DNA of 64,000 bases, from assembly GCA_002269645.1 (NCBI GenBank), contig NIVC01002989.1, positions 63,004 through 127,003 of the forward strand, written 5' to 3'. This stretch comes from Macrostomum lignano. Taxonomy: Eukaryota. Numbering within the stretch: position 1 is the stretch's first letter; each line of letters begins with the position of its first letter. Below are positions 10,101-22,099 of the stretch, piece by piece. The notes beneath the pieces are model-generated. The model worked only from the letters and a program-made list of their open reading frames with translations. It ran no database searches and was not told the DNA's origin. The position numbers were made by a program, and so were the translations under genes.

Positions 10101-11599
10101 GTTCGGTGGAGCCACATGCCATCAAGGCTGAAATGTCGATTAAACAACTCAGATATAACTATATAATTTGCTATAAACTGTCACTCAGGCGCTTGTCGCA
10201 GCCAGTTTATTAACGAGACTAAATGGATTGGTATTAGACGCAGATCTGCCGCTAGGTGCAACAAGCTCAAACAGGTATCCGTGTGCTGTTGAACTTTAAT
10301 TGAGTTTGCCCGATATCTGCCCATTGTTAAATCTATAGCATACTTCAATCTCTGCAATATGCTTCAATAGTTAAGCTATTGTAATTGCTTTTATGCTAGT
10401 TATAATCATCATTTCATTTTTTCGTATGAACTACTCAAGGCGAACTTCGAAAATGCGTTTTTACAACTTTGTTAAATTGGCGCAAGGATTCCAGGAAATA
10501 TCTGCGCAGGAACAGCGTAAGATGCTAGTGCCCGGATACACCTAGATCAGGATATTGATCCCTAAGCTCCCACAGTGAGGATATCGATCCCTAAGCTCCC
10601 ACAGTGAGGATATCGATCCCTAAGCTCCCACAGTGAGGATATCGATCCCTAAGCTCCCACAGTGAGGATATCGATCCCTAAGCTCCCACAGTGAGGATAT
10701 CGATCCCTAAGCTCCCACAGTGAGGATATCGATCCCTAAGCTCCCACAGTGAGGATATCGATCCCTAAGCTCCCACAGTGAGGATATCGATCCCTAAGCT
10801 TCCACAGTGAGGATATCGATCCCTAAGCTCCCACAGTGAGGATATCGATCCCTAAGCTCCCACAGTGAGGATATCGATCCCTAAGCTCCCACAGTGAGGA
10901 TATCGATCCCTAAGCTCCCACAGTGAGGATATCGATCCCTAAGCTCCCACAGTGAGGGTATCGATCCCTAAGCTCCCACAGTGAGGGTATCGATCCCTAA
11001 GCTCCCAGAATGAGGATATCGATCCCTAAGCTCCCACAGTGAGGATATCGATCCCTAAGCTCCCACAGTGAGGATATCGATCCCTAAGCTCCCACTGTGA
11101 GGATATCGATCCCTAAGCTCCCACAGTGAGGATATCGATCCCTAAGCTGCCAGGCATGTCTAACTGTCTGCAATCCTGTGCAACACATTCTGCCCAGAAA
11201 CTGAGCCGCAGGCAAAAAGCGTTCGAGTCGCTGCTGCCGTCCCTGACCCCGGACGATCTTGAGCAGTACCGTCTGGTGCTCACACGGGATCTCACATCGT
11301 CGGACGAGGAGGACGAGTCTGAGAACTTGCGCGTCCGCCAGCTAGTGTGGGAGTCCGACCGGGTCAGAGAGATCAAATCCGCTCTGGACTCGATGTATCT
11401 GCGGCGATTCGCCACCGTCAAGCAGCGCGCCCAGCTAGAAAAATGTCGGCGCGACGCGGGCGCCCGCAGCGCCAGACTGGTGCCGCCTGGCGCGCCTGAC
11501 TGGGCGATTCGACCAGACTTTCAGCAGCAGCAGCAGCAGCAGCACCAGTCCATGGGCGGCGGCTCCGAGCCAGATGGCAACGGCAGCGGTTTCGAGTGA
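7122..11599 (+). CDS. Gene 2: C14orf93-like paralog. Model: join(7122..7799, 8048..8115, 8201..8295, one of [8775..8860 | 10189..10274 | 10440..10516], 11198..11599)
   Basis: ATG at 7122 and donor CGG|gtgagg at 7799 (phase 0). tttttag|NLLKDTYKNLRGSGPHLFDFSK(cc)|gtaagt. aaacag|(c)WEHTVNQAVAQTVIEQAQLASGIVAEPDTWK(g)|gtcaga. Terminal exon gcccag|KLSRRQKAFESLLPSLTPDDLEQYRLVLTRDLTSSDEED...LVWESDRVREIKSALD...SARLVPPGAPDWAI, TGA at 11599. All phases are compatible and the segments align with gene 1. Confidence 0.8.
8775..8860 (+). CDS. Alternative exon 2b1 (phase 1 to 0)
   Basis: ctgtag|TG...GGG|gtacgt, 86 nt: (V)MASNLYYSTKKLLASWVNNSRKYKRRNG. Confidence 0.65.
9000..9957. repeat. 27-bp minisatellite, about 35 copies
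   Basis: Unit ggaccttggaactggaagcccac(c/t)ata with variants. It lies between alternative exons 2b1 and 2b2. Confidence 0.95.
10189..10274 (+). CDS. Alternative exon 2b2 (phase 1 to 0)
   Basis: cactcag|GC...CAG|gtatcc, 86 nt: (G)ACRSQFINETKWIGIRRRSAARCNKLKQ. Spliced to the upstream exon it gives WK-GAC, recalling ELKGACVAYF of C14orf93. Confidence 0.6.
10440..10516 (+). CDS. Alternative exon 2b3 (phase 1 to 0)
   Basis: ctcaag|GC...AGC|gtaaga, 77 nt: (G)ELRKCVFTTLLNWRKDSRKYLRRNS. Shares W...SRKY.RRN with 2b1. Confidence 0.65.
10553..11147. repeat. 29-bp minisatellite, about 20 near-identical copies
   Basis: Unit ctcccacagtgaggatatcgatccctaag. Confidence 0.95.
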
Positions 11600-11697
11600 A
11601 GCTGCCGGTCGCTGAGGCCGCGAAATGTTTTTAATAGATTGAGAGAAAGTCAGCTAATTTCTCTGACGGACGTACAGCTGGTGTCCTCGAACTACTT

Positions 11698-12312
11698 ACC
11701 TGAAGCCACCTCCTGAAGCTAACCTCCCCTGAAGCCACTCTCCTGAAGATACCCCCTCAAAAGATGCTCCTGAAGCTACCCTCCCTGAAGCTACCCTCCT
11801 GAAGCTAACCTCCCCTGAAGCCACTCTCCTGAAGATACCCCCTCAAAAGATGCTCCTGAAGCTACGCTCCCTGAAGCTACCCTCCCTAAAACTACCCTCC
11901 TGAAGCTACTCTTCTGAAGATACCCTCCCTCAAAGTTGCCCCTGAATCTGCCCTTCTGAAGCTAACCTTTCTTAAAGCCACTCTCCTAAAGCTACCCTCC
12001 CTCTGAACATACCCCTGAAGCTATCCCTCTGAAGATACCCCTGAAGCTATCCTCCTTCTGATGATACCCCTGAAGCTATCCTCCTTCTGATGATACCCCT
12101 GAAGCTATCGTCCCTCTGATGATACCCCTGAAGCTATCGTCCCTCTGATGATACCCCTGAAGCTATCCTCCCTCTGAAGATACCCCTGAAGCTACCCTCC
12201 CTCTGATGATACCCCTGAAGCTACCCTCCCTCTGATGATACTCCTGAGGCTACCCCTGAAGCTACCCTCCCTCTGATGATACTTCTGAGGCTACCCCTGA
12301 AGCTACCCTCCC
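11698..12312. repeat. Degenerate minisatellite
   Basis: Repeated cccctgaagctaccctccctctga(t/a)gata motifs. Confidence 0.8.
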
Positions 12313-12879
12313 AGCCTTTGCCCCCACCTCTGTCGCTATTCTTTGTCCAAGTTCTCCAATAATGCAATTTCCGATTGCTTGTCCGTCTGAATGTGCCCAA
12401 GTATTTTAGCTCGCATGTGTTCGATTGTGTATTGATTCGAATTATTGGTCTGTAAATTTCCCTAATAAATACTCCTATACCCTCTGCTTAACTGTTGTTA
12501 GTTGTTGCTCAAGAATGAACTTTGCTAGACTAAAACTATTCTTGTTCTCGTGCGTGACACCGTATTGCATCTCAGCTAGGATTTGTGTGCATTTGCCCCC
12601 GTATTTGGACTGAGACTTTGTTAACTCGGTTATTATATTATTCTATGATCCTTGGTGTTCACTGTTGTAAATCTTAACTATATTTCTTTCTGTTCTGCTT
12701 ACAGACAAGCAATGCACCCACTGACACACACAAACCCGTGCACATTGTGTGCAATAATAATATTTTAGCTCGCCCAATTTGCAATTGACCATCTGATCAT
12801 TCTCATCAATTCTCATATAATAGACATTTTTGAGCGAAGTTGTTTTTCTGATGCTTCTTGTCATTTCGAGAGGAGAGGA

Positions 12880-13250
12880 TGAGGATGGGGGTGGGATATC
12901 GTGAATGGGATATTAGGGATGGAATATTGGGAATGGGATATGGAGGATGGGGTATGAGGGTGGGATATGGGGTATGGAGGATAGGATATGGGGGATGGGA
13001 TATGGGAGATGGGATATGGGGGGATGTGATATGGGGGATGGGATATGGAGGATGGGATATGGGGAATATAATATTGGGGATATAATATTAGGGATGGGAT
13101 AAAGGGGAATGGGGCATGGGGGTTGGGATATGGGGAAAGGGATATCGCGAATGGAATATCGGGAATGTGGGGAATGGGGGTGGGGTATGGGGGATGAGAT
13201 ATGGGGTGGGATGTAAGGAATAGGATTTGGGGGATGGGAAAGGATGGGGA
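12880..13250. repeat. Degenerate GGGAT(AT)-rich low-complexity tract
   Basis: Repeated gggatat, ggggatg and gggaat motifs. Confidence 0.75.
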
Positions 13251-13734
13251 TGTCCAAGAGAGGATACGAGATTGGTATTCAAATGCACACGACTTAACCA
13301 ATATAATCGAAGAAGTTATTAACCGAATTTGTTCAAGCTATACGAGCATATTTCTGCATATATCGAGTAATTCACAAATATTTGTGTGTAAAAAGAGTGG
13401 ATTTAAAAAACTGCAGCATAAACTGAGACCAGTGCCGCTCAGCACTCGTCCTCTGGCTGGCTGGCTTTTCAAAGACTGCCACCAGACAGGCCAGGTTCTT
13501 GACCCGCAACTTGGACCATGTCGAAGTAGACTCCCAAGTTTAGACAGTCACAGAATACGAGCCTACCCTCAATTGTCATTGGTGAAAATTTTTAGCGAGT
13601 AAAAGGGTTTCGGGTTCTTTGTGGTTCCTAGAATTCCATGTTCTCTAGAAGGCTTCCAGGGGCTCTAGACTGGTTCATGGATCTCTGGAAAGGTTCCATT
13701 CCATATACTTTTAGAATGGTTCTATGTTCTCTGT

Positions 13735-14068
13735 AAGAGTTCCAGGGTCGCTATAAGGGTTCCAGGGTCTCTAGAAGGGTTCCATGGTCTCTAGAATGGT
13801 TCCAGGGTCTCTAGAATGGTTCCAGGGTCTCTAGAATGGTTCCAGGGTCTCTAGAATGGTTCCAGGGTCTCTAGAATGGTTCCAGGGTCTCTGGAATGGT
13901 TCCAGGGTCTCTAGAAGGGTTCCAGGGTCTCTAGAAGGGTTCCAGGGTCTCTAGAATGGTTCCAGGGTCTCTGGAAGGGTTCTATGCTCTCTAGAATGAT
14001 TTTAGGGTCTCTAGAATTGTTCCATGTTCTCTAGAAAGGTTCCAGGGTCTCTAGAAGGGTTCTCTAGA
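13735..14068. repeat. 20-bp minisatellite
   Basis: Unit ggttccagggtctctagaat. Confidence 0.9.
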
Positions 14069-14212
14069 ATGATTTCTGTTTTCTACAGGTGGAACGATTC
14101 CAGAGTCTTCACCCGCTAATCTTGTACCTTTTGGCTCTAATGGGGTTCTGGTACTCGTACCTCTAGCATTGGGTAAGTTTCAAATTCCATTCGAGGAGCA
14201 CAACTGGGCCAA

Positions 14213-17200
14213 TCAACCTATTGGCATCGAAGATCCAAAAATACGCGTCAAAACGGCCAACCATTCAATGGAAGCCGGATCTGTTTTTGGCGTGCAAAAC
14301 ACCATGCAACCGTAGGTGCTGCCGTCTCGAACTATGCGGTACTCCGGCATGACCATGGAACCGTCTGGGATGCTGGTCCTCTCCATCCAGACCGTTTTGG
14401 CCACTTTGTTCAGCTCCTCTCGCTGATTTTCGTTTGTTCAAGTCCAGGATTCTTCTTAGCAGGCATGTTGAATCCGCTGATTCTGAATTTACATGTATTG
14501 ACAGTGTTGAGAAAATCTTCCTCAATCCAGCTTCGCTGGCTGACGAGGTGCAACCGCTTCTGAAGCTCGTTGGTTTCGTACTTCATCGAGACGAATGCGT
14601 TGTCTCATCCGTCGCGTCGTTGTAGCAGTCATCGTCGTCGTACACGATGTACATGTACTTGTGCGCGCAGTCGGCTCTGCGATCTCCGTCCAGAAGTCAC
14701 AGTCGTCATTGAAGTCAGACAGGACACTTTGGTGCGTATTGCGTGGCAGATTCTTCAACACGCTGTCCTGTTGCGACTTCTCTTCATGCGAATCCTCGTT
14801 CTCAACTCGAGACTCTCCATCTTCAACGTGAGACTCTCCCGTCTTCAACATGAGACTCTTCGTCCTCAACTCGAGACTCTCTGTCTTCAACATGAGACTC
14901 TCCGTCCTCAACTCGAGACTCTCCGTCCTCAACTCGAGACTCTACGTCCTCAACTCGAGACTCTCCGTATTCAACATGAGACTCTCCGTCCTCAACTCGA
15001 GACTCTCCGTCCTCAACTCGAGACTCTCCGTATTCAACTCGAGACTCTCCGTCTTCAACATGAGACTCTCCGTCCTCAACTCGAGACTCCGTCTTCAACA
15101 TGAGACTCTCCGTCCTCAACTCGAGACTCTCAGTCCTCAACTCGAGACTCTCCGTCCTCAACTAGAGACTCTCCGTCTTCAACTCGAGACTCTCCGTCTT
15201 CAACATGAGACTCTCCGTATTCAACTCGAGACTCTCCGTCTTCAACATTAGACTCTCCGTCTTCAACATGAGACTCTCCGTCTTCAACACGAGACTCTCC
15301 GTCCTCAACTCGAGACTCCGTCCTCAACTCGAGACTCTCCGTCTTCAACATGAGACTCCGTCTTCAACATGAGACTCTCCGTCTTCAACACGAGACTCTC
15401 CGTCCTCAACTCGAGACTCTCCGTCTTCAACATGAGACTCTCCGTCTTCAACATGAGACTCTCCGTATTCAACTCGAGACTCTCCGTCTTCAACATGAGA
15501 CTCTCCGTCTTCAACATGAGACTCTCCGTCTTCAACATGAGACTCTCCGTCTTCAACATGAGACTCTCCGTATTCAACTCGAGACTCTCCGTCTTCAACA
15601 TGAGACTCTCCGTCTTCAACATGAGACTCTCCGTCTTCAACACGAGACTCTCCGTCCTCAACTCGAGACTCCGTCCTCAACTCGAGACTCTCCGTCTTCA
15701 ACATGAGACTCCGTCTTCAACATGAGACTCTCCGTCTTCAACACGAGACTCTCCGTCCTCAACTCGAGACTCTCCGTCCTCAACTCGAGACTCTCCGTAT
15801 TCAACATGAGACTCTCCCATCTTCAACATGACTCTCCGTCCTCAACGCGAGACTCTCCATCTTCAACGTGAGACTCTCCCATCTTCAACATGACTCTCCG
15901 TCCTCAACGCGAGACTCTCCATCTTCAACGTGAGACTCTCTCGTCTTCAACATGAGACTCTCCGTCCTCAACTCGAGACTCTCCATCTTCAACATAAGAC
16001 TCCGTCTTCAACATGAGACTCTCCGTCCTCAACTCGAGACTCTCCGTCTTCAACATGAGACTCTCCGTCCTCAACATGAGACTCCGTCTTCAACATGAGA
16101 CTCTCCGTCCTCAACTCGAGACTCTCCGTCCTCAACTCGAGACTCTCCGTCCTCAACTCGAGACTCCGTCTTCAACATGAGACTCTCCGTCCTCAACTCG
16201 AGACTCTCCGTCCTCAACTCGAGACTCTCCGTCCTCAACTCGAGACTCTCCGTCTTCAACATGAGACTCTCCGTCTTCAACTCGAGACTCTCCGTCTTCA
16301 ACTCGAGACTCTCCGTCCTCAACTCGAGACTCTCCGTCCTCAACTCGAGACTCTCCGTCTTCAACATGAGACTCTCCGTCTTCAACACGAGACTCTCCGT
16401 CCTCAACTCGAGACTCCGTCCTCAACTCGAGACTCTCCGTCTTCAACATGAGACTCCGTCTTCAACATGAGACTCTCCGTCTTCAACACGAGACTCTCCG
16501 TCCTCAACTCGAGACTCTCCGTCTTCAACACGAGACTCTCCGTCCTCAACTCGAGACTCTCCGTCCTCAACTCGAGACTCTCCGTATTCAACATGAGACT
16601 CTCCGTCCTCAACTCGAGACTCTCCGTCCACAACTCGAGACTCTCCGTATTCAACTCGAGACTCTCCGTCTTCAACATGAGACTCTCTGTCTTCAACATG
16701 AGACTCTCCGTCCTCAACTCGAGACTCTCCGTCTTCAACATGAGACTCTCTGTCTTCAACATGAGACTCTCCGTCTTCAACATGAGACTCTCCGTATTCA
16801 ACATGAGACTCTCCGTCTTCAACATGAGACTCCGTCTTCAACACGAGACTCTCCGTCTTCAACATGAGACTCCGTCTTCAACATGAGACTCTCCGTCTTC
16901 AACACGAGACTCTCCGTCCTCAACTCGAGACTCTCCGTCCTCAACTCGAGACTCTCCGTCTTCAACATGAGACTCTCTGTCTTCAACATGAGACTCTCCG
17001 TCTTCAACATGAGACTCTCCGTCTTCAACATGAGACTCTCCGTCCTCAACACGAGACTCTCCGTCCTCAACTCGAGACTCTCCGTCTTCAACTCGAGACT
17101 CTCCGTCTTCAACATGAGACTCTCCGTCTTCAACATGAGACTCTCTGTCTTCAACATGAGACTCCGTCTTCAACACGAGACTCTCCGTCCTCAACTCGAG

Positions 17201-20200
17201 ACTCTCCGTCCTCAACTCGAGACTCTCCGTATTCAACATGAGACTCTCCGTCCTCAACTCGAGACTCTCCGTCCTCAACTCGAGACTCTCCGTATTCAAC
17301 TCGAGACTCTCCGTCTTCAACATTAGACTCTCCGTCTTCAACATGAGACTCCGTCTTCAACACGAGACTCTCCGTCCTCAACTCGAGACTCTCCGTCCTC
17401 AACTCGAGACTCTCCGTATTCAACATGAGACTCTCCGTCCTCAACTCGAGACTCTCCGTCCTCAACTCGAGACTCTCCGTATTCAACTCGAGACTCTCCG
17501 TCTTCAACATGAGACTCTCCGTCCTCAACTCGAGACTCCGTCTTCAACATGAGACTCTCCGTCCTCAACTCGAGACTCTCAGTCCTCAACTCGAGACTCT
17601 CCGTCCTCAACTAGAGACTCTCCGTCTTCAACTCGAGACTCTCCGTCTTCAACATGAGACTCTCCGTATTCAACTCGAGACTCTCCGTCTTCAACATGAG
17701 ACTCTCCGTCTTCAACATGAGACTCTCCGTCTTCAACACGAGACTCTCCGTCCTCAACTCGAGACTCCGTCCTCAACTCGAGACTCTCCGTCTTCAACAT
17801 GAGACTCCGTCTTCAACATGAGACTCTCCGTCTTCAACACGAGACTCTCCGTCCTCAACTCGAGACTCTCCGTCTTCAACACGAGACTCTCCGTCCTCAA
17901 CTCGAGACTCTCCGTCCTCAACTCGAGACTCTCCGTATTCAACATGAGACTCTCCGTCCTCAACTCGAGACTCTCCGTCCTCAACTCGAGACTCTCCGTA
18001 TTCAACTCGAGACTCTCCGTCTTCAACATGAGACTCTCCGTTTTCAACATGAGACTCTCCGTCCTCAACTCGAGACTCTACGTCTTCAACATGAGACTCT
18101 CTGTCTTCAACATGAGACTCTCCGTCTTCAACATGAGACTCTCCGTATTCAACATGAGACTCTCCGTCTTCAACACGAGACTCTCCGTCCTCAACTCGAG
18201 ACTCTCCGTCCTCAACTCGAGACTCTCCGTCTTCAACATGAGACTCTCTGTCTTCAACATGAGACTCTCCGTCTTCAACATGAGACTCTCCGTCTTCAAC
18301 ATGAGACTCTCCGTCCTCAACACGAGACTCTCCGTCCTCAACTCGAGACTCTCCGTCTTCAACTCGAGACTCTCCGTCTTCAACATGAGACTCTCCGTCT
18401 TCAACATGAGACTCTCTGTCTTCAACATGAGACTCCGTCTTCAACACGAGACTCTCCGTCCTCAACTCGAGACTCTCCGTCCTCAACTCGAGACTCTCCG
18501 TATTCAACATGAGACTCTCCGTCCTCAACTCGAGACTCTCCGTCCTCAACTCGAGACTCTCCGTATTCAACTCGAGACTCTCCGTCTTCAACATTAGACT
18601 CTCCGTCTTCAACATGAGACTCCGTCTTCAACACGAGACTCTCCGTCCTCAACTCGAGACTCTCCGTCCTCAACTCGAGACTCTCCGTATTCAACATGAG
18701 ACTCTCCGTCCTCAACTCGAGACTCTCCGTCCTCAACTCGAGACTCTCCGTCTTCAACTCGAGACTCTCCGTCTTCAACATGAGACTCTTCGTCCTCAAC
18801 TCGAGACTCCGTCTTCAACATGAGACTCTCCGTCCTCAACTCGAGACTCTCAGTCCTCAACTCGAGACTCTCCGTCCTCAACTAGAGACTCTCCGTCTTC
18901 AACTCGAGACTCTCCGTCTTCAACATGAGACTCTCCGTATTCAACTCGAGACTCTCCGTCTTCAACATGAGACTCTCCGTCTTCAACATGAGACTCTCCG
19001 TCTTCAACACGAGACTCTCCGTCCTCAACTCGAGACTCCGTCCTCAACTCGAGACTCTCCGTCTTCAACATGAGACTCCGTCTTCAACATGAGACTCTCC
19101 GTCTTCAACATGAGACTCTCCGTCCTCAACTCGAGACTCTCAGTCCTCAACTCGAGACTCTCCGTCTTCAACATGAGACTCTCCGTATTCAACTCGAGAC
19201 TCTCCGTCTTCAACATGAGACTCTCCGTCTTCAACATGAGACTCTCCGTCTTCAACATGAGACTCTCCGTCTTCAACATGAGACTCTCCGTATTCAACTC
19301 GAGACTCTCCGTCTTCAACATGAGACTCTCCGTCTTCAACATGAGACTCTCCGTCTTCAACACGAGACTCTCCGTCCTCAACTCGAGACTCCGTCCTCAA
19401 CTCGAGACTCTCCGTCTTCAACATGAGACTCCGTCTTCAACATGAGACTCTCCGTCTTCAACACGAGACTCTCCGTCCTCAACTCGAGACTCTCCGTCTT
19501 CAACTCGAGACTCTCCGTATTCAACATGAGACTCTCCCATCTTCAACATGACTCTCCGTCCTCAACGCGAGACTCTCCATCTTCAACGTGAGACTCTCCC
19601 ATCTTCAACATGACTCTCCGTCCTCAACGCGAGACTCTCCATCTTCAACGTGAGACTCTCTCGTCTTCAACATGAGACTCTCCGTCCTCAACTCGAGACT
19701 CTCCATCTTCAACATGAGACTCCGTCTTCAACATGAGACTCTCCGTCCTCAACTCGAGACTCTCCGTCTTCAACATGAGACTCTCCGTCCTCAACATGAG
19801 ACTCCGTCTTCAACATGAGACTCTCCGTCCTCAACTCGAGACTCTCCGTCCTCAACTCGAGACTCTCCGTCCTCAACTCGAGACTCCGTCTTCAACATGA
19901 GACTCTCCGTCCTCAACTCGAGACTCTCCGTCCTCAACTCGAGACTCTCCGTCCTCAACTCGAGACTCTCCGTCTTCAACATGAGACTCTCCGTCCTCAA
20001 CTCGAGACTCTCCGTCTTCAACTCGAGACTCTCCGTCCTCAACTCGAGACTCTCCGTCCTCAACTCGAGACTCTCCGTATTCAACATGAGACTCTCCGTC
20101 CTCAACTCGAGACTCTCCGTCCTCAACTCGAGACTCTCCGTCCTCAACTCGAGACTCTCCGTCTTCAACATGAGACTCTCCGTCCTCAACTCGAGACTCT

Positions 20201-21430
20201 CCGTCTTCAACTCGAGACTCTCCGTCCTCAACTCGAGACTCTCCGTCCTCAACTCGAGACTCTCCGTCTTCAACATGAGACTCTCCGTCCTCAACTCGAG
20301 ACTCTCCGTCTTCAACTCGAGACTCTCCGTCCTCAACTCGAGACTCTCCGTCCTCAACTCGAGACTCTCCGTATTCAACATGAGACTCTCCGTCCTCAAC
20401 TCGAGACTCCGTCTTCAACTCGAGACTCTCCGTATTCAACATGAGACTCTCCGTCCTCAACTCGAGACTCTCCGTCCTCAACTCGAGACTCTCCGTATTC
20501 AACTCGAGACTCTCCGTCTTCAACATGAGACTCTCCGTTTTCAACATGAGACTCTCCGTCCTCAACTCGAGACTCTCCGTCTTCAACATGAGACTCTCTG
20601 TCTTCAACATGAGACTCTCCGTCTTCAACATGAGACTCTCCGTATTCAACATGAGACTCTCCGTCTTCAACATGAGACTCCGTCTTCAACACGAGACTCT
20701 CCGTCTTCAACATGAGACTCCGTCTTCAACATGAGACTCTCCGTCTTCAACACGAGACTCTCCGTCCTCAACTCGAGACTCTCCGTCCTCAACTCGAGAC
20801 TCTCCGTCTTCAACATGAGACTCTCTGTCTTCAACATGAGACTCTCCGTCTTCAACATGAGACTCTCCGTCTTCAACATGAGACTCTCCGTCCTCAACAC
20901 GAGACTCTCCGTCCTCAACTCGAGACTCTCCGTCCTCAACTCGAGACTCTCCGTCTTCAACATGAGACTCTCCGTCTTCAACATGAGACTCTCTGTCTTC
21001 AACATGAGACTCCGTCTTCAACACGAGACTCTCCGTCTTCAACATGAGACTCCGTCTTCAACACGAGACTCTCCGTCCTCAACTCGAGACTCTCCGTCCT
21101 CAACTCGAGACTCTCCGTATTCAACATGAGACTCTCCGTCCTCAACTCGAGACTCTCCGTATTCAACTCGAGACTCTCCGTCTTCAACATTAGACTCTCC
21201 GTCTTCAACATGAGACTTACCGATCTCATCGCGAGACTCTCCGTCCTTTACCTGCGACCCCTCGGACTTCGACTTGGTTATATCAATGAGGACACTGTCG
21301 CCCTCATTTAACTCCAATGCACTGTCGCCGCTCTCGTTGAGCAGAACATCGGGAATCGAGCTTTGTCGCTGATTTTCAATCGAGTCATCGCAGATTGAGT
21401 TGAGCTGAACTCAAACTCCAATAAATACTT
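14213..21430 (-). pseudogene. Frameshifted minus-strand ORF with an acidic N-terminus, an expanded ES(R/H)VEDG heptad array, and a C-terminal region weakly like the coiled-coil/RRM part of LINE ORF1 proteins
   Basis: Unique sequence on both sides is in frame with the repeat: ...SEGSQVKDGESRDEIGKSHVEDGES... and ...GESRVENEDSHEEKSQQDSVLKNLP.... Downstream segments HKYMYIVYDDDD, ELQKRLHLVSQRSWIEEDFLNTVNTCKFRISGFNMP and EELNKVAKTVWMERTSIPDGSMVMPEYRIVRDG can be joined by three 1-nt frameshifts. Confidence 0.45.
14795..21216. repeat. 6.4-kb 21-bp minisatellite with 19-bp variants and higher-order structure
   Basis: Unit gagactctccgtc(c/t)tcaac(tc/at). Identical ORF-track patterns recur at offsets of 3720 bp and 1271 bp. 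Confidence 0.97.
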
Positions 21431-22099
21431 CAGACATTCTGATTTGTCACAGGTTCGGTCGTTTGTTTGTAACTCAAAAGTAGCAGAAGTGTTTAAACCT
21501 TGCACCTGTTATTTTATATACCTGACTCAAATATTTATAATCCTCAAATATATATAATCCTCATTTTCAATCCTCGAGGGGGGGGCAGTGTACTCCTCAC
21601 TTTTAATCCAAGCAAAATAAAAAAGATAAATAAACTCATAAGAAGTTACCATTAATAAGATTTAAAATTAAGAATTTTGCTCAGAAAATGGCTTACTTAG
21701 GCCACTTGAATAATTATTTAACATAAATATATTTTAGAGTTTAATTTTTTCAATATTTGATGGCGGATAAATATGACGTACACAAGGCTTATTGGGTAAA
21801 ATTCTGAAAAATAAATACATGCATAGAATAAGCAGACACTACAGTTCACTATAATAAATATATTTAATATGAAGACTAAAATTCAAACACGAACGGTCAC
21901 CGATATGCGAAAATGGGAAAAACTGAAATGAATTTTTTTAAACTTTCTTTCGAAACTTTATGCAGTCTGCAATTATTAAGTTTTTAATCGTCTTTGACTT
22001 TAACAAAATGATCCTGGATAGCAAAAGATGACGCAAAAACACACTTCTTTCTAATTAACGGACAGCTAGTTTCTATGGTGGAGCTCCTTTGCTAGGTTA

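Noticed and set aside
10553-11147. CRISPR-like regular 29-bp repeat (likewise the 34-bp and 70-bp arrays)
   Set aside because: Units are head-to-tail with no unique spacers, the context is eukaryotic and intronic, and there are no cas genes.
14823-21229. Dozens of overlapping ORFs (LRLQHET, RLSVLNS, KTESLML frames)
   Set aside because: Translations of the stop-poor 21-bp repeat. Only the ES(R/H)VEDG frame joins unique flanking sequence in frame.
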